From Tubulanus polymorphus (Eukaryota; Animalia; Nemertea): a stretch of 64,000 nucleotides of DNA. The position numbers were made by a program, and so were the translations under genes. This document shows, in pieces, positions 6,498 through 17,900 of this stretch (position 1 is its first letter; the number at the start of each line of letters is the position of its first letter). The DNA is taken from NCBI RefSeq assembly GCF_964204645.1, contig NC_134028.1, forward strand, positions 62,001-126,000, in the 5' to 3' direction. Below the pieces are notes generated by a model that was given only the letters and a program-made list of their open reading frames with translations, was not told where the DNA came from and did no database searches.

Positions 6498-8798
6498 GTG
6501 GTCAACCTCACACGTTCACTCCGCCTAAGTCCGGCGCAACATCAGCTACTCCGAAAGGGCCTCACTTATTGCCCGACTCCAAAAATCGGTTCTGATGCCG
6601 CCGCGACCGAGCGCACCAAGGGAGTGTGCCGATTCAACCGGCTAGTGAAACTCGACCATCACTTCCGAGACAAACCGGACCGCGAGGCTCCGCGTTTCCG
6701 TCTGCCCAGCAGTTGGGCTCCGGATGAAATAGAACCAGTAATCGCCGGGTTCTGCAACGACGCGCACGAATTGGCTCAACAAACCAGGGATACGCGTCGC
6801 GTAAATGATAACCTCACTAAACAGGAACGCGAAGCCCTCCAGCAGCTGCGTGACAACACTAATATTGTCATCAAAGCCGCCGATAAGGGTTCCGCTACGG
6901 TTATCATGGACCGCGACGACTACGTCCACGAAGCCATGCGCCAACTAGCCGATCTCGAGTATTATCAGCCGCTGCAGCAACCGATCTTCGAACAGACCGG
7001 GGAAGAAATTCGCGAAATCATCGAAAATATGGCTCGACGAAAAATCATCCCGCTAAAAACCGCCGAATATCTATTACCGCCCGATAATCCGAAACAGAGG
7101 CAGTTCTATCTGCTTCCCAAAATCCATAAAGAACGCGAGAAGTGGACGGTACCCGATCGCGTACCGCCGGGGAGACCGATCGTCTCCGACTGCGGCTCCG
7201 AAACCTACGAAATTTCGGAATGGATCGACTACTATTTGCAGCCGATCGCCCGCGGTCACCCGTCGTACGTCAAAGATACCAACCACTTTCTAGATATTTT
7301 GGCCGGTAAACAATTTAGCGCCGATGCGTTACTCGTCACCATGGACATCGATTCGCTCTACACCAACATCCCCCACGAAGAGGGTATCGCCAGCATCCGA
7401 CAAGCTCTCCGAGATAACCCGAACCCGGGACGCCCGGATGCCGAGCTGCTGAAACTACTCGAAATCAGCCTGAAGAAAAATGACTTTAACTTTAACGAAA
7501 ACACATATTTACAGGTAAAAGGTACCGCAATGGGTAAGCGTTTTGCTCCTTCTTATGCCAATATCTTTGTAGCCGAATGGGAAAAAGAAGGTCTGTCCAG
7601 AAGCGAACTCCAACCATCGCTATACGCTCGGTTCATCGACGACATCTACATAGTTTGGGAACACGGCCGCGAAACGTTGATGCAATTCATCGACGTCCTA
7701 CAAACAGTGAGCCGATCCATCAAACTCAAGTTCGAAATCAGCGACACCAGCGTCAACTTCCTGGACGTAACCACTTTCAAAGGCCCGCGATTCGAGACAA
7801 GTGGCACAGTAGACACCAAAGTCTACTTCAAACCAACCGATTCGCATCAATTACTACATCGATCCTCGTTTCACCCTAAACACACATTTTCCGGTATAGT
7901 TAAAAGTCAAATTCTCCGGTTCCGGCGCATCTGCAATAACGATTCGGACTTACACGCAGCGTCCGGAACCGTCCTTAAAGTACTCAGAGGTCGTGGCTAC
8001 AAAGACCGCGAACTGCGACACATCAAAAGCCAAGCTCTACGGCACCACGCCGAACGAGATCTACGAGAACAACAACGGGCCGACGAACCGCCGAAAAAGC
8101 GTTTACCGCTTATCTTACCTCACTCCGAAGCCAACCGAACCCTAGCCCGTAACATCCGAACCAGATTTACGGAACTGGCTACGGCCACCGGCCGGTCTGA
8201 CGAGGTAACCACGGTCACCGCCTACACCAAGCACAAGAGTCTCAAAGATCTCCTAACTTCGTCGCAGCTCAAACCCACGGAGCCACCCCCTCCCCGAGTC
8301 CCCTCTTCACCGCATCGTAACAGAAATACTTCCGTTGTTTCCAATTCTTCTATTTCCAGGTCTACTCAAAGAACTCCGTCAACCCGACGTCGAGGCACCG
8401 AGAAATGCAGAACACCGAGATGTCGTACGTGTCCACTCGTCCGAGAAACAACCGTTTGCCGCAGCCACAACAAAATGCACGCGATCCGCAGCACAATTAA
8501 TTGCGCGACCCGTGAAATTGTATACTGCATCGAATGCACCAAGTGCAACATGCTGTACGTCGGCCAAACCGGAATGGCTCTACGAGAACGCGTCACTCAT
8601 CACGTCTCACGCATCAGAACGAAGAATTCGACTCCAGTCTCGGACCACTTCAACCAAGTCGACCACACCCGCGAACACTTTCGGGTGTACGGTCTCCAAC
8701 ACCTACCAGGCTCCACGAGACCGATCCGCGAAGCAGCCGAACAAGACTGGATACGACGACTCGACACGAACACGCCCCGAGGCATGAACGTCCCGTAG
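6498..8798 (+). CDS. PLE reverse transcriptase + GIY-YIG endonuclease (Neptune-like), copy 2; probably expressed as an ORF1 fusion with the frame entered near 6339
   Basis: Same motifs as copy 1, with two amino-acid differences. The frame is open from at least 6333. The first in-frame ATG is at 6906, downstream of the DKG motif. Confidence 0.96.
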   Translation: MVNLTRSLRLSPAQHQLLRKGLTYCPTPKIGSDAAATERTKGVCRFNRLVKLDHHFRDKPDREAPRFRLPSSWAPDEIEPVIAGFCNDAHELAQQTRDTRRVNDNLTKQEREALQQLRDNTNIVIKAADKGSATVIMDRDDYVHEAMRQLADLEYYQPLQQPIFEQTGEEIREIIENMARRKIIPLKTAEYLLPPDNPKQRQFYLLPKIHKEREKWTVPDRVPPGRPIVSDCGSETYEISEWIDYYLQPIARGHPSYVKDTNHFLDILAGKQFSADALLVTMDIDSLYTNIPHEEGIASIRQALRDNPNPGRPDAELLKLLEISLKKNDFNFNENTYLQVKGTAMGKRFAPSYANIFVAEWEKEGLSRSELQPSLYARFIDDIYIVWEHGRETLMQFIDVLQTVSRSIKLKFEISDTSVNFLDVTTFKGPRFETSGTVDTKVYFKPTDSHQLLHRSSFHPKHTFSGIVKSQILRFRRICNNDSDLHAASGTVLKVLRGRGYKDRELRHIKSQALRHHAERDLREQQRADEPPKKRLPLILPHSEANRTLARNIRTRFTELATATGRSDEVTTVTAYTKHKSLKDLLTSSQLKPTEPPPPRVPSSPHRNRNTSVVSNSSISRSTQRTPSTRRRGTEKCRTPRCRTCPLVRETTVCRSHNKMHAIRSTINCATREIVYCIECTKCNMLYVGQTGMALRERVTHHVSRIRTKNSTPVSDHFNQVDHTREHFRVYGLQHLPGSTRPIREAAEQDWIRRLDTNTPRGMNVP

Positions 8799-8817
8799 AC
8801 CGCCTCACTACAACAAT

Positions 8818-8919
8818 TAACTCTCACTACTTTTTTACAGGGATAACCCGCTGCCCGTGCACTAGTGGGGTCTCCAAACCTTCGGTTTGGTCCCCTAACC
8901 TCTATCTCTAAACCTAACC
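8818..8919 (+). repeat. Terminal direct repeat, 3' copy of element 2
   Basis: Same sequence as 2419-2520 and 2564-2665. Confidence 0.9.
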
Positions 8920-8934
8920 CTAACCCTAACCCTA
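8912..8934 (+). repeat. Short telomeric tail ACCTAA(CCCTAA)2CCCTA at the element/satellite junction
   Basis: Read directly; the last CCTA is shared with the satellite sequence. Confidence 0.93.
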
Positions 8935-11900
8935 TCTATTTGAAATCAGTTCAGTACACCCTAACCCATCAATTAAGATAGAATTCATCATCTTTAGGAC
9001 CCTATTTTGCAAGAAAAATCTGTATCTTTCAGTCCATCTACTCGAAATCAGTTCAGTTTACCTTAACCTATCATTTCAGATCGAGTCCATCATCTTCAGG
9101 AGCATAAATAGCCAGAAAATTCTTAATCTTTCCACCTATCTATTTGAAATCAGTTCAATACGCCTTAACACATCTTTTCAGATTGAATCCATCATCTTCA
9201 GAACCAAAAGCAGCCAGAAAATTCTTAATCTTTCAACCTATCTATTTGAAATCAGTTCAGTACACCCTAACCCATCAATTAAGATAGAATTCATCATCTT
9301 TAGGACCCTATTTTGCAAGAAAAATCTGTATCTTTCAGTCCATCTACTCGAAATCAGTTCAGTTTACCTTAACCTATCATTTCAGATCGAGTCCATCATC
9401 TTCAGGAGCATAAATAGCCAGAAAATTCTTAATCTTTCCACCTATCTATTTGAAATCAGTTCAATACGCCTTAGCCCATCTTTTCAGATTGAGTCCATCA
9501 TCTTCAGAACCAAAAGCAGCCGGAAAATTCTGATTCTTTCAACCTATCTATTTGAAATCAGTTCAGTACACCCTAACCCATCAATTAAGATAGAATTCAT
9601 CATCTTTAGGACCCTATTTTGCAAGAAAAATCTGTATCTTTCAGTCCATCTACTCGAAATCAGTTCAATTTACCTTAACCTATCATTTCAGATCGAGTCC
9701 ATCATCTTCAGGAGCATAAATAGCCAGATAATTCTTAATCTTTCCACCTATCTATTTGAAATCAGTTCAATACGCCTTAGCCCATCTTTTCAGATTGAGT
9801 CCATCATCTTCAGAACCAAAAGCAGCCAGAAAATTCTGATTCTTTCCACCTATCTATTTGAAATCAGTTCAGTTCACCCTAACTCATCAATTAAGATAGA
9901 ATTCATCATCTTTAGGACCCTATTTTGCAAGAAAAATCTGTATCTTTCAGTCCATCTACTCGAAATCAGTTCAGTTTACCTTAACCTATCATTTCAGATC
10001 GAGTCCATCATCTTCAGGAGCATAAATAGCCAGAAAATTCTTAATCTTTCCACCTATCTATTTGAAATCAGTTCAATACGCCTTAGCCCATCTTTTCAGA
10101 TTGAGTCCATCATCTTCAGAACCAAAGGCAGCCAGAAAATTCTGATTCTTTCCACCTATCTATTTGAAATCAGTTCAGTTTACCCTAACTCATCAATTAA
10201 GATAGAATTCATCATCTTTAGGACCCTATTTTGCAAGAAAAATCTGTATCTTTCAGTCCATCTACTCGAAATCAGTTCAGTTTACCTTAACCTATCATTT
10301 CAGATCGAGTCCATCATCTTCAGGAGCATAAATAACCAGAAAATTCTTAATCTTTCAACCTATCTGTTTGAAATCAGTTCAGTACACCCTAACCCATCAA
10401 TTAAGATAGAATTCATCATCTTTAGGACCCTATTTTGCAAGAAAAATCTGTATCTTTCAGTCCATCTACTCGAAATCAGTTCAGTTTACCTTAACCTATC
10501 ATTTCAGATCGAGTCCATCATCTTCAGGAGCATAAATAACCAGAAAATTCTTAATCTTTCCACCTATCTATTTGAAATCAGTTCAATACGCCTTAGCCCA
10601 TCTTTTCAGATTCAGTCCATCATCTTCAGAACCAAAGGCAGCCAGAAAATTCTTAATCTTTCCACCTATCTGTTTGAAATCAGTTCAGTTCACCCTAACC
10701 CATCAATTTAGATAGAATTCATCATCTTTAGGACCCTATTTTGCAAGAAAAACCTGTATCTTTCAGTCCATCTGCTCGAAATTAGTTCAGTTTACCTTAA
10801 CCTATCATTTCAGATCGAGTCCATCATCTTCAGGAGCATAAATAGCCAGAAAATTCTTAATCTTTCCACCTATCTATTTGAAATCAGTTCAATACGCCTT
10901 AGCCCATCTTTTCAGATTGAGTCCATCATCTTCAGAACCAAAGGCAGCCAGAAAATTCTGATTCTTTCCACCTATCTATTTGAAATCAGTTCAGTTCACC
11001 CTAACTCATCAATTAAGATAGAATTCATCATCTTTAGGACCCTATTTTGCAAGAAAAACCTGTATCTTTCAGTCCATCTGCTCGAAATCAGTTCAGTTTA
11101 CCTTAACCTATCATTTCAGATCGAGTCCATCATCTTCAGGAGCATAAATAGCCAGAAAATTCTTAATCTTTCCACCTATCTATTTGAAATCAGTTCAATA
11201 CGCCTTAACACATCTTTTCAGATTGAATCCATCATCTTCAGAACCAAAAGCAGCCAGAAAATTCGTAATCTTTCAACCTATCTATTTGAAATCAGTTCAA
11301 TACGCCTTAACCCATCTTTTCAGATTGAGTCCATCATCTTCAGAACCAAAGGCAGCAAGAAAATTCTGATTCTTTCAACCTATCTATTTGAAATCAGTTC
11401 AGTACACCCTTACCCATCAATTAAGATAGAATTCATCATCTTTAGGACCCTATTTTGCAAGAAAAATCTGTATCTTCCAGTCCATCTACTCGAAATCAGT
11501 TCAGTTTACCTTAACCTATAATTTCAGATCGAGTCCATCATCTTCAGGAGCATAAATAACCAGAAAATTCTTAATCTTTCCACCTATCTATTTGAAATCA
11601 GTTCAGTAAACCCTAACCCATCAATTAAGATAGAACTCATCATCTTTAGGACCCTATTTTGAAAGAAAAATCTGTATCTTTCAGTCCATCTGCTCGAAAT
11701 CAGTTCAGTTTACCTTAACCTATCATTTCAGATCGAGTCCATCATCTTCAGGAGCATAAATAGCCAGAAAATTCTTAATCTTTCCACCTATCCATTTGAA
11801 ATCAGTTCAATACGCCTTAACCCATCTTTTCAGATTGAATCCATCATCTTCAGAACCAAAAGCAGCCAGAAATTTCTGATTCTTTCAACCTATCTATTTG

Positions 11901-14900
11901 AAATCAGTTCAGTACACCCTAACCCATCAATTAAGATAGAACTCATCATCTTTAGGACCCTATTTTGCAAGAAAAATCTGTATCTTTTAGTCCATCAGCT
12001 CGAAATCAGTTCAGTTTACCTTAACCTATCATTTCAGATCGAGTCCATCATCTTCAGGAGCATAAATAGCCAGAAAATTCTTAATCTTTCCACCTATCTA
12101 TTTGAAATCAGTTCAATACGCCTTAGCCCATCTTTTCAGATTGAGTCCATCATCTTCAGAACCAAAGGCAGCCAGAAAATTCTGATTCTTTCCACCCATC
12201 TATTTGAAATCAGTTCAGTTCACCCTAGCCCATCAATTAAGGTAGAATTCATGATCTTTAGGACCCTATTTTGCAAGAAAAATCTGTATCTATCAGTCCA
12301 TCTACTCGAAATCAGTTCAGTCTACCTTAACCTATCATTTCAGATCGAGTCCATCATCTTCAGGAGCATAAATAGCCACGAAATTCTTAATCTTTCAACC
12401 TATCTGTTTGAAATCAGTTCAGTACACCCTAACCCATCAATTAAGATAGAATTCATCATCTTTAGGACCCTATTTTGCAAGAAAAATCTGTATCTTTCAG
12501 TCCATCTACTCGAAATCAGTTCAGTTTACCTTAACCTATCATTTCAGATCGAGTCCATCATCTTCAGGAGCATAAATAACCAGAAAATTCTTAATCTTTC
12601 CACCTATCTATTTGAAATCAGTTCAATACGCCTTAGCCCATCTTTTCAGATTCAGTCCATCATCTTCAGAACCAAAGGCAGCCAGAAAATTCTTAATCTT
12701 TCCACCTATCTGTTTGAAATCAGTTCAGTTCACCCTAACCCATCAATTTAGATAGAATTCATCATCTTTAGGACCCTATTTTGCAAGAAAAACCTGTATC
12801 TTTCAGTCCATCTGCTCGAAATTAGTTCAGTTTACCTTAACCTATCATTTCAGATCGAGTCCATCATCTTCAGGAGCATAAATAGCCAGAAAATTCTTAA
12901 TCTTTCCACCTATCTATTTGAAATCAGTTCAATACGCCTTAGCCCATCTTTTCAGATTGAGTCCATCATCTTCAGAACCAAAGGCAGCCAGAAAATTCTG
13001 ATTCTTTCCACCTATCTATTTGAAATCAGTTCAGTTCACCCTAACTCATCAATTAAGATAGAATTCATCATCTTTAGGACCCTATTTTGCAAGAAAAATC
13101 TGTATCTTTCAGTCCATCTACTCGAAATCAGTTCAGTTTACCTTAACCTATCATTTCAGATCGAGTCCATCATCTTCAGGAGCATAAATAACCGAAGATT
13201 CTTAATCTTTCAACCTATCTGTTTGAAATCAGTTCAGTACACCCTAACCCATCAATTAAGATAGAATTCATCATCTTTAGGACCCTATTTTGCAAGAAAA
13301 ATCTGTATCTTTCAGTCCATCTACTCGAAATCAGTTCAGTTTACCTTAACCTATCATTTCAGATCGAGTCCATCATCTTCAGGAGCATAAATAACCAGAA
13401 AATTCTTAATCTTTCCACCTATCTATTTGAAATCAGTTCAATACGCCTTAGCCCATCTTTTCAGTTTCAGTCCATCATCTTCAGAACCAAAGGCAGCCAG
13501 AAAATTCTTAATCTTTCCACCTATCTGTTTGAAATCAGTTCAGTTCACCCTAACCCATCAATTTAGAAAGAATTCATCATCTTTAGGACCCTATTTTGCA
13601 AGAAAAACCTGTATCTTTCAGTCCATCTGCTCGAAATCAGTTCAGTTTACCTTAACCTATCATTTCAGATCGAGTCCATCATCTTCAGGAGCATAAATAG
13701 CCAGAAAATTCTTAATCTTTCCACCTATCTATTTGAAATCAGTTCAATACGCCTTAACACATCTTTTCAGATTGAATCCATCATCTTCAGAACCAAAAGC
13801 AGCCAGAAAATTCTGATTCTTTCAACCTATCTATTTGAAATCAGTTCAGTACACCCTAACCCATCAATTAAGATAGAACTCATCATCTTTAGGACCCTAT
13901 TTTGCAAGAAAAATCTGTATCTTTCAGTCCATCTACTCGAAATCAGTTCAGTTTACCTTAACCTATCATTTCAGATCGAGTCCATCATCTTCAGGAGCAT
14001 AAATAGCCAGAAAATTCTTAATCTTTCCACCTATCTATTTGAAATCAGTTCAATACGCCTTAACACATCTTTTCAGATTGAATCCATCATCTTCAGAACC
14101 AAAAGCAGCCAGAAAATTCTTAATCTTTCAACCTATCTATTTGAAATCAGTTCAGTACACCCTAACCCATCAATTAAGATAGAATTCATCATCTTTAGGA
14201 CCCTATTTTGCAAGAAAAACCTGTATCTTTCAGTCCATCTACTTGAAATCAGTTCAGTTTACCTTAACCTATCATTTCAGATCGAGTCCATCATCTTCAG
14301 GAGCATAAATAGCCAGAAAATTCTTAATCTTTCCACCTATCTATTTGAAATCAGTTCAATACGCCTTAGCCCATCTTTTCAGATTGAGTCCATCATCTTC
14401 AGAACCAAAGGCAGCCAGAAAATTCTGATTCTTTCAACCTATCTATTTGAAATCAGTTCAGTTCACCCTAACCCATCAATTAAGATAGAATTCATCATCT
14501 TTAGGACCCTATTTTGCAAGAAAAATCTGTATCTTTCAGTCCATCTACTCGAAATCAGTTCAGTTTACCTTAACCTATCATTTCAGATCGAGTCCATCAT
14601 CTTCAGGAGCATAAATAGCCAGAAAATTCTTAATCTTTCCACCTAACCATTTGAAATCAGTTCAGTACACCCTAACCCATCAATTAAGATAGAATTCATC
14701 ATCTTTAGGACCCTATTTTGCAAGAAAAATCTGTATCTTTCAGTCCATCTACTCGAAATCAGTTCAGTTTACCTTAACCTATCATTTCAGATCGAGTCCA
14801 TCATCTTCAGGAGCATAAATAGCCAGAAAATTCTTAATCTTTCCACCTATCTATTTGAAATCAGTTCAATACGCCTTAGCCCATCTTTTCAGATTCAGTC

Positions 14901-17900
14901 CATCATCTTCAGAATCAAAGGCAGCCAGAAAATTCTGATTCTTTCAACCTATCTATTTGAAATCAGTTCATTTCACCCTAACCCATCAATTAAGATAGAA
15001 TTCATCATCTTTAGGACCCTATTTTGCAAGAAAAATCTGTATCTTTCAGTCCATCTACTCGAAATCAGTTCAGTTTACCTTAACCTATCATTTCAGATCG
15101 AGTCCATCATCTTCAGGAGCATAAATAGCCAGAAAATTCTTAATCTTTCCACCTATCCATTTGAAATCAGTTCAGTACACCCTAACCCATCAATTAAGAT
15201 AGAATTCATCATCTTTAGGACCCTATTTTGCAAGAAAATCTGTATCTTTCAGTCCATCTACTCGAAATCAGTTCAGTTTACCTTAACCTATCATTTCAGA
15301 TCGAGTCCATCATCTTCAGGAGCATAAATAGCCAGAAAATTCTTAATCTTTCCACCTATCTATTTGAAATCAGTTCAATACGCCTTAGCCCATCTTTTCA
15401 GATTCAGTCCATCATCTTCAGAACCAAAGGCAGCCAGAAAATTCTGATTCTTTCAACCTATCTATTTGAAATCAGTTCAGTTCACCCTAACCCATCAATT
15501 AAGATAGAATTCATCATCTTTAGGACCCTATTTTGCAAGAAAAATCTGTATCTTTCAGTCCATCTATTCGAAATCAGTTCAGTTTACCTTAACCTATCAT
15601 TTCAGATCGAGTCCATCATCTTCAGGAGCATAAATAGCCAGAAAATTCGTAATCTTTCCACCTATCTATTTGAAATCAGTTCAGTACACCCTAACCCATC
15701 AATTAAGATAGAACTCATCATCTTTAGGACCCTATTTTGCAAGAAAAATCTGTATCTTTCAGTCCATCTACTCGAAATCAGTTCAGTCTACCTTAACCTA
15801 TCATTTCAGATCGAGTCCATCATCTTCAGGAGCATAAATAGCCAGAAAATTCTTAATCTTTCCACCTATCTATTTGAAATCAGTTCAATACGCCTTAACA
15901 CATCTTTTCAGATTGAATCCATCATCTTCAGAACCAAAAGCAGCCAGAAAATTCTGATTCTTTCAACCTATCTATTTGAAATCAGTTCAGTACACCCTAA
16001 CCCATCAATTAAGATAGAATTCATCATCTTTAGGACCCTATTTTGCAAGAAAAATCTGTATCTTTCAGTCCATCTACTCGAAATCAGTTCAGTTTACCTT
16101 AACCTATCATTTCAGATCGAGTCCATCATCTTCAGGAGCATAAATAGCCAGAAAATTCTTAATCTTTCCACCTATCTATTTGAAATCAGTTCAATACGCC
16201 TTAACACATCTTTTCAGATTGAATCCATCATCTTCAGAACCAAAAGCAGCCAGAAAATTCTTAATCTTTCAACCTATCTATTTGAAATCAGTTCAGTACA
16301 CCCTAACCCATCAATTAAGATAGAATTCATCATCTTTAGGACCCTATTTTGCAAGAAAAATCTGTATCTTTCAGTCCATCTACTCGAAATCAGTTCAGTT
16401 TACCTTAACCTATCATTTCAGATCGAGTCCATCATCTTCAGGAGCATAAATAGCCAGAAAATTCTTAATCTTTCCACCTATCTATTTGAAATCAGTTCAA
16501 TACGCCTTAGCCCATCTTTTCAGATTGAGTCCATCATCTTCAGAACCAAAAGCAGCCAGAAAATTCTGATTCTTTCAACCTATCTATTTGAAATCAGTTC
16601 AGTACACCCTAACCCATCAATTAAGATAGAATTCATCATCTTTAGGACCCTATTTTGCAAGAAAAATCTGTATCTTTCAGTCCATCTACTCGAAATCAGT
16701 TCAATTTACCTTAACCTATCATTTCAGATCGAGTCCATCATCTTCAGGAGCATAAATAGCCAGAAAATTCTTAATCTTTCCACCTATCTATTTGAAATCA
16801 GTTCAATACGCCTTAGCCCATCTTTTCAGATTGAGTCCATCATCTTCAGAACGAAAGGCAGCCAGAAAATTCTGATTCTTTCCACCTATCTATTTGAAAT
16901 CAGTTCAGTTCACCCTAACTCATCAATTAAGATAGAATTCATCATCTTTAGGACCCTATTTTGCAAGAAAAATCTGTATCTTTCAGTCCATCTACTCGAA
17001 ATCAGTTCAGTTTACCTTAACCTATCATTTCAGATCGAGTCCATCATCTTCAGGAGCATAAATAGCCAGAAAATTCTTAATCTTTCCACCTATCTATTTG
17101 AAATCAGTTCAATACGCCTTAGCCCATCTTTTCAGATTGAGTCCATCATCTTCAGAACCAAAGGCAGCCAGAAAATTCTGATTCTTTCCACCTATCTATT
17201 TGAAATCAGTTCAGTTTACCCTAACTCATCAATTAAGATAGAATTCATCATCTTTAGGACCCTATTTTGCAAGAAAAATCTGTATCTTTCAGTCCATCTA
17301 CTCGAAATCAGTTCAGTTTACCTTAACCTATCATTTCAGATCGAGTCCATCATCTTCAGGAGCATAAATAACCAGAAAATTCTTAATCTTTCAACCTATC
17401 TGTTTGAAATCAGTTCAGTACACCCTAACCCATCAATTAAGATAGAATTCATCATCTTTAGGACCCTATTTTGCAAGAAAAATCTGTATCTTTCAGTCCA
17501 TCTACTCGAAATCAGTTCAGTTTACCTTAACCTATCATTTCAGATCGAGTCCATCATCTTCAGGAGCATAAATAACCAGAAAATTCTTAATCTTTCCACC
17601 TATCTATTTGAAATCAGTTCAATACGCCTTAGCCCATCTTTTCAGATTCAGTCCATCATCTTCAGAACCAAAGGCAGCCAGAAAATTCTTAATCTTTCCA
17701 CCTATCTGTTTGAAATCAGTTCAGTTCACCCTAACCCATCAATTTAGATAGAATTCATCATCTTTAGGACCCTATTTTGCAAGAAAAACCTGTATCTTTC
17801 AGTCCATCTGCTCGAAATTAGTTCAGTTTACCTTAACCTATCATTTCAGATCGAGTCCATCATCTTCAGGAGCATAAATAGCCAGAAAATTCTTAATCTT

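Larger units (their letters stand above)
2564..8934 (+). mobile_element. Full-length two-ORF Penelope-like retroelement, copy 2
   Basis: Flanked by ~100-bp direct repeats. It carries a spacer, TATA box, hammerhead, ORF1 (SGNH), RT-GIY-YIG ORF and telomeric tail, then abuts the satellite. Confidence 0.92.

Noticed and set aside
2564-8934. LTR retrotransposon (direct repeats plus gag-pol-like frameshift)
   Set aside because: No protease, RNase H, integrase or TG...CA termini were seen. The RT and GIY-YIG motifs are PLE-type.
9060-9110. Minus strand of satellite monomers B and C reads CTGAAGA-N15-GAAA, like a hammerhead core
   Set aside because: I could not build stem I or III or a proper stem II closing pair, and monomer A has lost both core motifs. 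An Infernal or RNAmotif search would settle it.
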